A stretch of 64,000 nt of DNA. Source: an uncultured Phycisphaerales bacterium. Its GTDB lineage: Bacteria; Planctomycetota; B15-G4; CAYZWU01. Below are positions 9,891 through 19,462 of the stretch, one piece after another; the first letter of the stretch is position 1, and every line of letters begins with the position of its first letter. A program made the translations under genes and the position numbers. Under the pieces are notes generated by a model. The model saw nothing but the letters and a program-made list of their open reading frames with translations, was not told where the DNA came from and ran no database searches. Location of the stretch: assembly GCA_964542475.1 (NCBI GenBank), contig CAZIUL010000005.1, forward strand, positions 91,066 to 155,065. Reading direction: 5' to 3'.

Positions 9891-11060
9891 ATGAATCAAA
9901 CCATGAAGATCGAGCCTGATCTGGATTTCATTCGCAATGTTCGGGGCCTTGGCGGAGATTCGTTGAAAAAGTGTTATCAGTGCGCCACATGCTCGGTGGT
10001 GTGCGAACTTTCGCCGGAGCAGAACCCGTTTCCACGCAAGGAGATGCTGTGGGCCCAGTGGGGGCTGAAGGACAGGCTCATGGCGGATCCGGATGTTTGG
10101 CTCTGCTATCAATGCGCGGATTGTTCGACTCACTGTCCGCGAGGCGCGAACCCGGGAGATGTCTTAAGCGCCGTGCGCTCCGCTGTGATCGCGGACTATG
10201 CTTTTCCGCGTTTTTTGGGCAAAGCCCTTTCTTCCCGCGCGGCTGTTCCGTTTTTATTCCTCGTTGCGATTGCAGCCATCTTTCTGATAATGTTTTTCAG
10301 TGCCCCTGATTCGGGCGGCTGGGGCCTCAACGCACCCATCCCCGAACCGGCAGGTGCCGGGTATGAAGGGGGCTATTTCGGAAACTTCCTGAGCCGCCAT
10401 ATTATTGATCCTGTTTTCATTTTCGGTTCCATCCTGATCGTGATCTGCGTGGCTTTAAGCCTCATGCGTTTCTGGAAGGACATGAAAAAGGCTTATGGAA
10501 AAGAAAACGGCCCTTCTTTCGTTTCCTGCGTCATCGAGGCCGTGAAAGAGATAATCACTCATTCATCGTTCAAGAACTGCGTTGAAAACAAACCCCGCTT
10601 CCTGTCGCATTTTCTTGTTTTTTACGGTTTCGTCGGCCTGCTCATTACCACGTCCCTGGCCTTTCTGTTGATAATCCTGGGCCATGAACCGCCCATTCCC
10701 TTGCTGCACCCGGTCAAGATTCTCGGCAACATCAGCTTTGTTGCAATCCTTGCCGGATGCCTGCTCCTGATCGTGCGAAGGCTTGGTAACAGCGACGGTT
10801 CCGTGGGCAAGGGCGGGTACACGAATACTCTTTTCCTCTCCGTTCTTTTTATGGTTGTGATGTCGGGGGGTCTGACACAAGCCGCTCGCCTTGCAGAGGT
10901 CCGACAGCTTTCATACGCGTTTTACTTCATTCACATGACAACAGTTTTTTTTCTGCTTTGGTACTCGCCCTTTTCGAAGTTTGCCCACATGTTCTACAGG
11001 ACCCTGGCCATTGTTTTCGCAAGATCCATTGGCAGGGCAAGGGCAGGAACCGGAAGCTGA
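9891..11060 (+). CDS. qmoC: QmoC-like membrane subunit (HdrC-like 2x[4Fe-4S] N-domain fused to HdrE/NarI-like heme-b membrane domain)
   Basis: CYQCATCSVVCE and CYQCADCSTHCP ferredoxin motifs, followed by about 6 transmembrane helices with conserved His. Sits immediately upstream of qmoA/qmoB. Confidence 0.7.
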   Translation: MNQTMKIEPDLDFIRNVRGLGGDSLKKCYQCATCSVVCELSPEQNPFPRKEMLWAQWGLKDRLMADPDVWLCYQCADCSTHCPRGANPGDVLSAVRSAVIADYAFPRFLGKALSSRAAVPFLFLVAIAAIFLIMFFSAPDSGGWGLNAPIPEPAGAGYEGGYFGNFLSRHIIDPVFIFGSILIVICVALSLMRFWKDMKKAYGKENGPSFVSCVIEAVKEIITHSSFKNCVENKPRFLSHFLVFYGFVGLLITTSLAFLLIILGHEPPIPLLHPVKILGNISFVAILAGCLLLIVRRLGNSDGSVGKGGYTNTLFLSVLFMVVMSGGLTQAARLAEVRQLSYAFYFIHMTTVFFLLWYSPFSKFAHMFYRTLAIVFARSIGRARAGTGS

Positions 11061-11101
11061 TGTCCCTCCGGTTATAAAGATAATTTAATATCAGGTTCTC
11101 T

Positions 11102-11134
11102 GTCCGACTTTCTTGCCGGACTTGTCGGACTTGG
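11102..11134 (+). terminator. Possible terminator hairpin after qmoC
   Basis: GTCCGAC-(15 nt)-GTCGGAC stem followed by TTGG. This is a weak call. Confidence 0.25.
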
Positions 11135-11505
11135 ATTGCATGGACGCGGCCCCTATATCCCCATTCTCATCCGCACTTTTGCTCTCTTTCATAATTTTGT
11201 ATTTAACAACAGGTTAAAGAAGAGTATCCAAGCAAAGATTTTTAGGATTTTTGTTTGAGGGGTATCTACTTTTTGTTATTTATAAAACTTTAAAATTCAT
11301 TGCGCAAATGCCATTAGTCCAGAGTGCTTCAGAACGCTTTTATGCGTGGTGCGGCCAGGATATTGGACGATATCCATGATGCGGCCCATCGATCAATCAG
11401 TGCATTAACATATTGTTTTTAACGGGGTTATGTGCTTTTAACACTGCATGGTGCCGGTGTTCCGACTCAGGCGGTGCGGCTGCATAACCACGGTGTTCCG
11501 GAGAG

Positions 11506-12816
11506 ATGCGCGGAAGCAGTCAGATGCAGATGCAGAAGGAGAAAGAAGTGACCAATTCAGAGAACCTTTCAGCAAAGCTGCTGGTGGTGGGTGGTGGAAT
11601 AGCGGGGATCACCGCTGCCCTCGAAGCCGCCGAAACAGGGCTTGATGTGGTACTCATCGAGCGAGAAGCTTATCTCGGTGGGCGCGTGGCAGCCATGAAC
11701 AAGTATTTTCCAAAGCTCTGCCCTCCCACCTGTGGGCTCGAGATCAACTTCCGCAGGCTGAGGAACAATCCCCGGATCCGCTTTTTCACTTTAACTGAGG
11801 TAAAAGGCATATCCGGCGGGAAAGGCGACTATGAAGTCACGCTTCTGGAAAACCCCCGGTTCGTGAAGGAAGACCGTCCGTTGGGTGATGATGTTGAGAA
11901 GGCCTGCGACGTCGAGAGGCCGGACAGCTTCAACTACGGAATAGGTAAGACAAAAGCACTTTACATTCCCCACGAGATGGCTTTTCCCATGCGCCATGTC
12001 ATCGATCCCGAGTACGTGAACGACGAACGCATGCAAAAATGCGTGGATGCCTGCAAGGAGGGCTCCATCGACCTGGCGATGAAACCCAGGGAGTTCACGG
12101 TCAAGACTGAGTCGATAATCTGGGCAACAGGCTGGAAGCCTTATGACGCGGCCAAGCTCGAGAACCTGGGTTTCGGGCAATACGAGAACGTGGTGACCAA
12201 CGTGATGATGGAGCGGCTGGCCGCTCCCAACGGTCCAACGGAAGGGAAGATAGTTCGGCCTTCAGATGGCGCCGAGATAAAGAGCGTGGCCTTTGTGCAG
12301 TGCGCCGGGTCGCGTGACGAGAACCACCTTCCCTACTGTTCCGCTGTTTGCTGCATGGCTTCCATGAAACAGGCATCGTATATCCGCGAGCTCTGTCCGG
12401 ATGCCGAGATCACCATCTTTTACATCGATGTGAGAGCGCCCGGCCGCCTCGAGGATGTTTATGTCAAGCTGCAGGCTGACGAGAAGATCGTTTTCCATCG
12501 AGGCAAGGTGGCCAAGGTGGAACAGCTCGATGGAAGCAAGAACTGCCTGGTAAAGGCTGAAAACACGCTTACCGGAGAGATGACCGAAAAGGAAGTCGAG
12601 CTCGTTGTCCTGGCGACCGGCATGGTGCCGAACACCGTGGATGAGCCGCCTCCTGTCGAGGTAAATCGTGATGACTTCGGCTTTCTCGTTCAGGAAGAAG
12701 GCAGCGGCGTGGTAGGAGCTGGCACTTCTGTCAGGCCGTTCGAGGTTTCCGCCACTGTCCAGGATGCAACAGGAGCGGTTTTAAAAGCGATCAGCAAGGT
12801 TAAGCCCAAGGAGTGA
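11506..12816 (+). CDS. qmoA: QmoA (HdrA-like FAD flavoprotein)
   Basis: FAD-binding VVGGGIAGITAALEAA and the HdrA-type Cys cluster CAGSRD…YCSAVCC. Overlaps qmoB by 4 nt. The true start may be an internal Met or a GTG at about 11524-11548 that is preceded by AAGGAG. Confidence 0.85.
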   Translation: MRGSSQMQMQKEKEVTNSENLSAKLLVVGGGIAGITAALEAAETGLDVVLIEREAYLGGRVAAMNKYFPKLCPPTCGLEINFRRLRNNPRIRFFTLTEVKGISGGKGDYEVTLLENPRFVKEDRPLGDDVEKACDVERPDSFNYGIGKTKALYIPHEMAFPMRHVIDPEYVNDERMQKCVDACKEGSIDLAMKPREFTVKTESIIWATGWKPYDAAKLENLGFGQYENVVTNVMMERLAAPNGPTEGKIVRPSDGAEIKSVAFVQCAGSRDENHLPYCSAVCCMASMKQASYIRELCPDAEITIFYIDVRAPGRLEDVYVKLQADEKIVFHRGKVAKVEQLDGSKNCLVKAENTLTGEMTEKEVELVVLATGMVPNTVDEPPPVEVNRDDFGFLVQEEGSGVVGAGTSVRPFEVSATVQDATGAVLKAISKVKPKE

Positions 12817-15107
12817 TAAAAATGGCGGATGACGCAGCAGCCAAGATCGGTGTATATATCTGTTCCGGGTACGGGATCGGCGAATCCATTGACGTGGAAA
12901 AGCTGGTTTCCATGGTAGAGGAGGAAGGCGAGGCCGCTGTATGCAAGGCCTTAGAGTCGCTGGAGTCCGAAGAGAGCGTAAACGCGATCAAGGAAGACAT
13001 CTCGTCGGAAGGCATCAACAGGCTTGTCCTTGCCGGGTTGTCGGGCCGGTTTACAAGGGACATCGAAACCGATGTGCACAACTTCGGACCCGAGGTGCTC
13101 GTGGAGAAGATCCCGTTGCGCGAGTTCGTCATCTGGCCGCATAAGAAACAAGACGAAGACACCCAGATGCTCGCGGAGGATTATCTTCGCATGGGGATTG
13201 TCAAGATGAAGAACTCAGCTCCCTCGCAGCCGGAGCCCGAAGAGGAGTTCAGCAAGCGCCTTTTAGTGGTGGGGGGCGGTGTCACAGGCTTGACCTCTGC
13301 GAAAGCCGCGGCAGGTGCAGGCTACGAGGTGGTACTCGTGGAGAAGGAAGCCGAGCTCGGTGGTCGTGTCAGGGGCTTTGCAAGCACATTTCCCAAAAGA
13401 CCGCCCTACCGCGATGTGGAGCCTACCGGTGTGGAGGAGATGATAGATGCGGTCAAAAGCAACGACTCGATCTCGGTTTACACTTCCTCTACCATATTAT
13501 CGATAACCGGCCAGCCCGGGCAGTTCGATGTCACCATCAAGAACGGAAACGGCGAAAACAAGGAGATGATCGGCGCGATCGTTCAGGCTTCCGGCTGGAA
13601 CCCGTACGATCCAAGCAACCTCGACCATCTGGGACACGGCAAATGCGCAAACGTCGTGACAAACATGGATGTCGAATCGATGGCCTTGAAAAATGGGTTC
13701 GAGCGCCCTTCGGATGGTTCCACTCCAAAGAGTGTGGCTTTTATCCAGTGTGCCGGATCCAGGGATGAGGAGCGCCTTCCATACTGTTCCGGCGTGTGCT
13801 GCAGGGTTAGCCTGAAGCAGGCAATGTACATACGCCAAAAACACCCTGACACCAAGGTGTACATCCTTTACAAGGATGTGCGTTCCCCCATGCAGTACGA
13901 GCTCTTCTATGCCCAGGCCCAGGAAGACGAAGGCATATTCCTGACCAAGGGCGAGGTGCAGAGCGTTGAGGAGAACAGCGACAAGAGCGTCACGATCACC
14001 GTGGATGATACGCTTCTTGGCGAGCACATAACCGTGACCGCTGACATGGCGGTTCTGGCGACCGGTATGGTGCCCACCACGCAGGTGGATGAACCGGCCG
14101 AGGAGGCGCCGGAAGGCGAGGAGCCCTCGAAAGAAACGGATGAAAAGCAGGCATCCGGAGACAACGGGGATGACAAGGATGCAGGGGCTTCCGCCGAGAA
14201 AGGTGCCCAAATCCTGAACCTGGGCTACCGCCTGGGCACTGACCTGCCCACGCTCAAGTACGGCTTCCCTGACTCTCACTTTGTTTGTTTTCCATATGAA
14301 ACACGACGCACAGGGATCTATGCCGCTGGTGCGGTCAGGGCTCCGCTGGATATCGATGCCTGCAAAAACGATGCGTTCGGGGCCACGTTGAAAGCCATCC
14401 AGGCCATGGAGCTGCTCTCACAGGGCCGTGCTGTTCACCCGAGGGTTATGGATCATTCACTTCCCGATTTCAACCTGAACCGCTGCACCCAGTGCAAGCG
14501 CTGCACGGAAGAGTGCCCGTTCGGTTCCTTGAACGAGGACGAAAAAGGCACGCCTCAGCCCAATCCCAACCGGTGCCGCCGCTGCGCGATCTGCCTTGGC
14601 GCCTGCCCTGAGCGTATAGTCACGTTCAACGAGTATTCCGTGCATATCATCGCCTCCCAGATCAAGACGATCGAGATCCCGGATGAAGAGGACGAGAAAC
14701 CTAGGATCCTGATCTTTGCCTGTGAAAACGATGCGATCCCCGCGCTCGAAATGGCGGGCGCACGCAAGAAGGAGTACAGCCCCTTCGTCAGGATCATACC
14801 GCTCAGATGCCTCGGCTCGATGAACATCGTGTGGATCGCTGATGCGCTTTCCACCGGCTTTGACGGGGTGATGTTGTTCGGGTGCAAATCCGGTGACGAT
14901 TACCAGTGCCATTACATCAAGGGCAGCGAGCTGTGCGAGACCAGGATGGACAATGTGAAAGATAAGCTGAAGCAGCTCGCGCTCGAGGAGGAGCGGGTGT
15001 TCCTGCAGGAGCTTTCAATCGATGAATACGACAAGGTACCGGGCCTGATCAACGAGTTCGCGGATCAGATCGAGGAGATAGGCTACAACCCGTTCAAGGG
15101 CTTCTGA
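12813..15107 (+). CDS. qmoB: QmoB (HdrA-like flavoprotein with 2x[4Fe-4S] and C-terminal MvhD-like domain)
   Basis: VVGGGVTGLTSAKAAA FAD motif. CAGSRDEERLPYCSGVCC. Ferredoxin motifs CTQCKRCTEECP and CRRCAICLGACP. Length 764 aa. Confidence 0.9.
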   Translation: MIKMADDAAAKIGVYICSGYGIGESIDVEKLVSMVEEEGEAAVCKALESLESEESVNAIKEDISSEGINRLVLAGLSGRFTRDIETDVHNFGPEVLVEKIPLREFVIWPHKKQDEDTQMLAEDYLRMGIVKMKNSAPSQPEPEEEFSKRLLVVGGGVTGLTSAKAAAGAGYEVVLVEKEAELGGRVRGFASTFPKRPPYRDVEPTGVEEMIDAVKSNDSISVYTSSTILSITGQPGQFDVTIKNGNGENKEMIGAIVQASGWNPYDPSNLDHLGHGKCANVVTNMDVESMALKNGFERPSDGSTPKSVAFIQCAGSRDEERLPYCSGVCCRVSLKQAMYIRQKHPDTKVYILYKDVRSPMQYELFYAQAQEDEGIFLTKGEVQSVEENSDKSVTITVDDTLLGEHITVTADMAVLATGMVPTTQVDEPAEEAPEGEEPSKETDEKQASGDNGDDKDAGASAEKGAQILNLGYRLGTDLPTLKYGFPDSHFVCFPYETRRTGIYAAGAVRAPLDIDACKNDAFGATLKAIQAMELLSQGRAVHPRVMDHSLPDFNLNRCTQCKRCTEECPFGSLNEDEKGTPQPNPNRCRRCAICLGACPERIVTFNEYSVHIIASQIKTIEIPDEEDEKPRILIFACENDAIPALEMAGARKKEYSPFVRIIPLRCLGSMNIVWIADALSTGFDGVMLFGCKSGDDYQCHYIKGSELCETRMDNVKDKLKQLALEEERVFLQELSIDEYDKVPGLINEFADQIEEIGYNPFKGF

Positions 15108-15384
15108 TAAGAAAATCCGAAACATCCGGATCAAGGGATATCCGAGTTGTTCACTGGGTTTTTTAATTGTTGGAATGGAAAAACCTTGAAAGTTGGAAGC
15201 CGTACTGCTAATTTTAATTTTTTGTATCAAGAGAGCGTCAGGCACTGTGTCGTTAGTTATCAGCTCATTATCAACTCATGACCCAGAAATAACTAACCAT
15301 TTAACTGATAAAGAGATAGGCAATTTTAACAATTGAAAATTAATTGGGTACGCATTGCGAAGGATAAACTAAGGAGGTTACATT

Positions 15385-16590
15385 ATGCCAAAGGATTTAC
15401 CCAAAACGCCAATGCTTGACGAGCTGGAAAAAGGGCCATGGCCCAGCTTTGTCAAAGAGATCAAGATGGCTTCAGAGACCAGCGACATGAGTGTTGATTT
15501 GCTGGGCCAGCTTGAGCTTTCTTACAACGAGAAGATCGGTTACTGGAAACACGGGGGCATCGTGGGTGTCATGGGGTACGGCGGCGGTGTGATCGGCCGC
15601 TATTCGGCCCTCCCCGACAAGTTCCCGAGCATCTCCCATTTTCACACATTGCGGATAAACCAGCCTTCAGGATGGTTTTATACCTCCGATGTACTTCGCA
15701 AGATCTGTGATATATGGGACAGGCGGGGTTCCGGCCTGACCAACATGCACGGTTCCACAGGCGACATCATTTTCCTTGGAACGGTTACTGACGAGCTCGA
15801 GCCTGTATTCGAAGAGCTGACCGCCATGGGATTCGACCTCGGTGGATCCGGCTCTGATGTCAGAACCCCTAGCTGCTGTGTCGGTCCTGCCCGCTGCGAA
15901 TGGGCGTGCTACGACACGCTGAAAACTTGCTACGATTTCACGCAGCGCTACCAGGACGAGCTTCACCGCCCGGCCTTCCCGTACAAGTGGAAGTTCAAGT
16001 TTTCCGGGTGCGCGAACGACTGCGTTGCTGCCAAGGCCCGCGCCGACATCTCGGTGATCGGAACATGGCGCGACGACATACGCGTAGACCAGGCTGCTGT
16101 GAGCGATTATGCCAAGGGCGGCCTGAACATAGTCCGCGACGTGGTAGGCAACTGCCCCTCCAAATGCATGGAGTATGACGGCAATGAGCTCGCGATCGAC
16201 AACTCGAACTGCCGCAGGTGCATGCACTGCATAAACGTCATGACAAAGGCACTCAGGCCCGGAACAGACACGGGCGCCACGGTGCTTATCGGCTCCAAGG
16301 CTCCGATCGTGGAAGGTGCGCTTCTTTCTTCGGTGCTGATCCCGTTTCTCAAGATGGATGACCCGGAAGAGGTGGATGAGTTCTGCGATCTCATGGAAGA
16401 GATTATCGATGTCTGGTGCGAAGAGGGCAAGGCACGCGAGCGTATCGGCGAGTTCATACAGCGTGTTGGAATGGGCAACTTCCTCGACGCAGTCGGCCTT
16501 GAACCGACCCCGGAAATGGTTGCTTTCCCGCGAGACAACCCCTACGTCTTCTACGACCTCAGCGGCGAAGAAGAAGATGATGAAGGTTAG
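15385..16590 (+). CDS. dsrA: Dissimilatory sulfite reductase alpha subunit
   Basis: Siroheme/[4Fe-4S]-binding Cys motifs ([17 protein letters not shown]; CPSKCMEYD; [10 protein letters not shown]). Strong AAGGAGG ribosome-binding site. Followed directly by dsrB and dsrD. Confidence 0.95.
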   Translation: MPKDLPKTPMLDELEKGPWPSFVKEIKMASETSDMSVDLLGQLELSYNEKIGYWKHGGIVGVMGYGGGVIGRYSALPDKFPSISHFHTLRINQPSGWFYTSDVLRKICDIWDRRGSGLTNMHGSTGDIIFLGTVTDELEPVFEELTAMGFDLGGSGSDVRTPSCCVGPARCEWACYDTLKTCYDFTQRYQDELHRPAFPYKWKFKFSGCANDCVAAKARADISVIGTWRDDIRVDQAAVSDYAKGGLNIVRDVVGNCPSKCMEYDGNELAIDNSNCRRCMHCINVMTKALRPGTDTGATVLIGSKAPIVEGALLSSVLIPFLKMDDPEEVDEFCDLMEEIIDVWCEEGKARERIGEFIQRVGMGNFLDAVGLEPTPEMVAFPRDNPYVFYDLSGEEEDDEG

Positions 16591-16667
16591 CCATTTCATC
16601 TGCACGGCAGATGCATGGATTAGAGAAGTGAAAATCGTAAATAATGATAGATTAAGGAGTTCTCATA

Positions 16668-17759
16668 ATGGCTGAGCCGGAAAAGAAAAAGAGAATAACC
16701 GATATAGGGCCTCCGAACTACGAACAGTTCCTGCCCCCGGTTATCAAGAATAACTATGGAAAGTGGAAGTACCACGAAATCGTCAAGCCGGGCGTCATGG
16801 TCCACGTGTCAGAGAGCGGTGACAAGCTTTACACTGTCAGGGCCGGATCCCCCCGCCTTGTCAGCACCAAAAAAATCCGCATGTACTCGGACCTGGCTGA
16901 CAAGTACTGCGGCGGGCACCTGCGCTTTACCAGCCGTCACAACGTGGAGTTTATGCTGGATGATGACAGCAAGATCGATGATCTCATCAAGGAGCTCGCC
17001 GATCTCGGCCATCCGGTGGGTGGAATCGGAAACGCCATATCGAGCATCGTGCACACCCAGGGATGGATTCACTGCCACTCGGCAGCGACCGACGCCTCTG
17101 GAATCGTAAAATGCGTCATGGACGATCTGGACGAGTATTTCACAAGCACCAAGCTTCCGGGCAAGATCCGCATCGCCCTGGCATGCTGTCTGAACATGTG
17201 CGGTGCTGTCCACTGCTCGGACATCGCGATTTTAGGTATTCACCGCAAGCCCCCTGTCACCGACCATTCGAAGCTGAAGAAGATGTGCGAGATCCCCACG
17301 GTCAGCGCATCATGTCCCACGGCTGCCATCAGGCCGGCCACGGTGGATGGATTTGAATCCGTGGAAGTGATCGAAGAGCAGTGCATGTTCTGCGCCAACT
17401 GCTACACGGTCTGCCCTGCCATGCCCATGAACGATCCGGTTGACGATGGAGTTTCGATCTGGGTCGGCGGCAAGGTTTCCGATGCGCGCACCCCTCCCAT
17501 GTTCTCCAAGCTGGCGGTTCCTTATATCCCGAACAACCCGCCTAGATGGCCGGAGGTTGTGAGTGTAATAAGGACGATCGTCGAGGTGTGGGCCAAGAAC
17601 GCAAGGCCGTACGAGCGCATAGGCGAGTGGATCGAGCGGGTCACATGGCCGCGTTTTTTCAAGCTCACCGGGATCGAGTTCCAGAAGGAACACATAGACG
17701 ATTTCAAGCATGCCGGCCTGAGTTTCAACAGGACCGCGCAGATTACCCATGTTCAGTAA
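16668..17759 (+). CDS. dsrB: Dissimilatory sulfite reductase beta subunit
   Basis: CHSAATD…[18 protein letters not shown] and a ferredoxin insert [18 protein letters not shown] ribosome-binding site. Confidence 0.95.
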   Translation: MAEPEKKKRITDIGPPNYEQFLPPVIKNNYGKWKYHEIVKPGVMVHVSESGDKLYTVRAGSPRLVSTKKIRMYSDLADKYCGGHLRFTSRHNVEFMLDDDSKIDDLIKELADLGHPVGGIGNAISSIVHTQGWIHCHSAATDASGIVKCVMDDLDEYFTSTKLPGKIRIALACCLNMCGAVHCSDIAILGIHRKPPVTDHSKLKKMCEIPTVSASCPTAAIRPATVDGFESVEVIEEQCMFCANCYTVCPAMPMNDPVDDGVSIWVGGKVSDARTPPMFSKLAVPYIPNNPPRWPEVVSVIRTIVEVWAKNARPYERIGEWIERVTWPRFFKLTGIEFQKEHIDDFKHAGLSFNRTAQITHVQ

Positions 17760-17773
17760 CATTGAGGTGAGAT

Positions 17774-18028
17774 ATGTCGGATACAATGAGTGTCGAAGAA
17801 GTTGCCGATGCCATGTTCAAATTGGTAGAGGAAGCCTTCGGGAAAAAGAAGCTGAAACCCGGGGACCTCACCAAGGCAATGATTCAGATGTTCGAGGAAA
17901 AGGGTGTGGACAAGAAGCTTTGCAAGAAGGCGATCAGGGAGCTGGTCGAGAACGGCCGGTGCGTCTACACCTATTTCGGCGGAAGCTTCATCGAAATACC
18001 GCACAAGGAGGGGGCGGACAACGATTAA
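17774..18028 (+). CDS. dsrD: DsrD (small winged-helix protein that marks reductive-type dsr clusters)
   Basis: 84-aa Lys-rich protein immediately 3' of dsrB, ending …GRCVYTYFGGSFIEIP. Confidence 0.85.
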   Translation: MSDTMSVEEVADAMFKLVEEAFGKKKLKPGDLTKAMIQMFEEKGVDKKLCKKAIRELVENGRCVYTYFGGSFIEIPHKEGADND

Positions 18029-18061
18029 TCGTTGTGCCGGGCCGGTAAGGCCGGTGCGATT

Positions 18062-19462
18062 ATGAATATTAGTTGTCCCCGTCTCATGATCGCCGGCATG
18101 TCCGGCGATTCTGGAAAAACAATGATCACCGTAGGCCTTGCCCGGGCATTGACCGGGCAGGGCTTGACGGTTGCTACTTTTAAAAAAGGCCCCGACTACA
18201 TCGACGCTGCTTGGCTCGGCTCGGCCTCGGGAAGGGCGTGCAGGAACCTGGACACCTTTCTTGCCGAACCCGAAGCTGTAAAGCGCTCTTTCATGAGGAA
18301 CGCTCATCGTACGGGCGTCAACCTGGTCGAAGGGAACCGAGGCTTTCATGATGGAATGGATGTCGAGGGAAGCCACAGTTCCGCTGCTCTTTCAAAGCTG
18401 ATTGAATGCCCTGTGGTCCTTACGCTGGATGTCACCAAGACAACCAGGAGCGCGGCAGCGTTCGTGATCGGATCGAGGATGCTTGATCCCGGAGTGAACA
18501 TCCGCGGAGTGATCATCAACCGGGTTGCCGGGGAAAGGCACGAAAGAGTGGTGCGCCGATCGATAGAGAAACACTGCGGTGTGCCTGTCTTCGGCTCAAT
18601 ACCAAAGCTGCCTCCTGAATCCAGGATACCTTCACGCCACTTGGGCCTCATCACTCCGGGTGAGGAAGGCCGGATCCGCGAGTTGATCGATTCCCTTGGA
18701 AGACTCGCTGAAAAGCAACTGGATCTCGGCGGGTTGTTGGAAGTGGCCCAAAATGCTGCCGAGCCCGAAGGGGAAACCGGTGCGGTGCCTTTCACGGCCG
18801 ACGGTCCAAAGGTAAAAAAGGCCAGGATCTGTTTTCTGAACGATTCCGCCTTCTCTTTCTACTACCCGGAAAACCTGGAAGCGCTGGAAGAGGCCGGAGC
18901 TGAACTGGTTCCTGTTTCCGCCCTGGACGCCCAAGAGCTTCCCGGGTGCGAGGCTCTTTATGTGGGAGGCGGGTTTCCGGAAACGCACGCCGCGGACCTG
19001 GCCGATAACCGCAATTTTCGCGAAAGCCTGTTCAATGCGGCACAAAGCGGTTTGCCCGTTTATGCGGAATGCGGCGGATTGATATACATGGCCGAAAGCC
19101 TTTCCTGGAAAGGGAAGGAGTATCCCATGGCCGGTGTTTTTCCGGTGCGCATGAGGATGGAAGAGAAGCCGCAGGGTCACGGCTACACCAGGTACCTGGT
19201 GGACGAAGAAAACCCCTTCTTCGAGAAGGGCGTTGAATTGAAAGGACACGAGTTTCACTACTCCCGTATCGAAAAAGGGGAGGTGAAAAGCGTATTTGAC
19301 GTAAAACGCGGCACGGGATGCGGCAAGGGCCGCGACGGGCTGCTCAGATGGAGAGTTCTTGGAACCTATCTTCATGTTCACGCCCTCGGGTGCCCTGTTT
19401 GGGCGGATGGGATCGTGAAAGCCGCCGAAAAGTTTGGAAAGGAAAACACAACATGGGATTGA
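18062..19462 (+). CDS. dsrN: DsrN (CbiA/CobB-family amidotransferase; siroheme amidase homologue)
   Basis: N-terminal P-loop GMSGDSGKT. C-terminal glutamine amidotransferase domain with AECGGLIYM. Position after dsrABD. Confidence 0.8.
   Translation: MNISCPRLMIAGMSGDSGKTMITVGLARALTGQGLTVATFKKGPDYIDAAWLGSASGRACRNLDTFLAEPEAVKRSFMRNAHRTGVNLVEGNRGFHDGMDVEGSHSSAALSKLIECPVVLTLDVTKTTRSAAAFVIGSRMLDPGVNIRGVIINRVAGERHERVVRRSIEKHCGVPVFGSIPKLPPESRIPSRHLGLITPGEEGRIRELIDSLGRLAEKQLDLGGLLEVAQNAAEPEGETGAVPFTADGPKVKKARICFLNDSAFSFYYPENLEALEEAGAELVPVSALDAQELPGCEALYVGGGFPETHAADLADNRNFRESLFNAAQSGLPVYAECGGLIYMAESLSWKGKEYPMAGVFPVRMRMEEKPQGHGYTRYLVDEENPFFEKGVELKGHEFHYSRIEKGEVKSVFDVKRGTGCGKGRDGLLRWRVLGTYLHVHALGCPVWADGIVKAAEKFGKENTTWD

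Noticed and set aside
19318-19452. N-terminal 45-codon extension of the dsrL-like ORF
   Set aside because: It overlaps the dsrN 3' end in another frame and has a low-complexity Arg/Ser-rich composition. The ATG at 19453, which coincides with the dsrN stop, is the more plausible coupled start.
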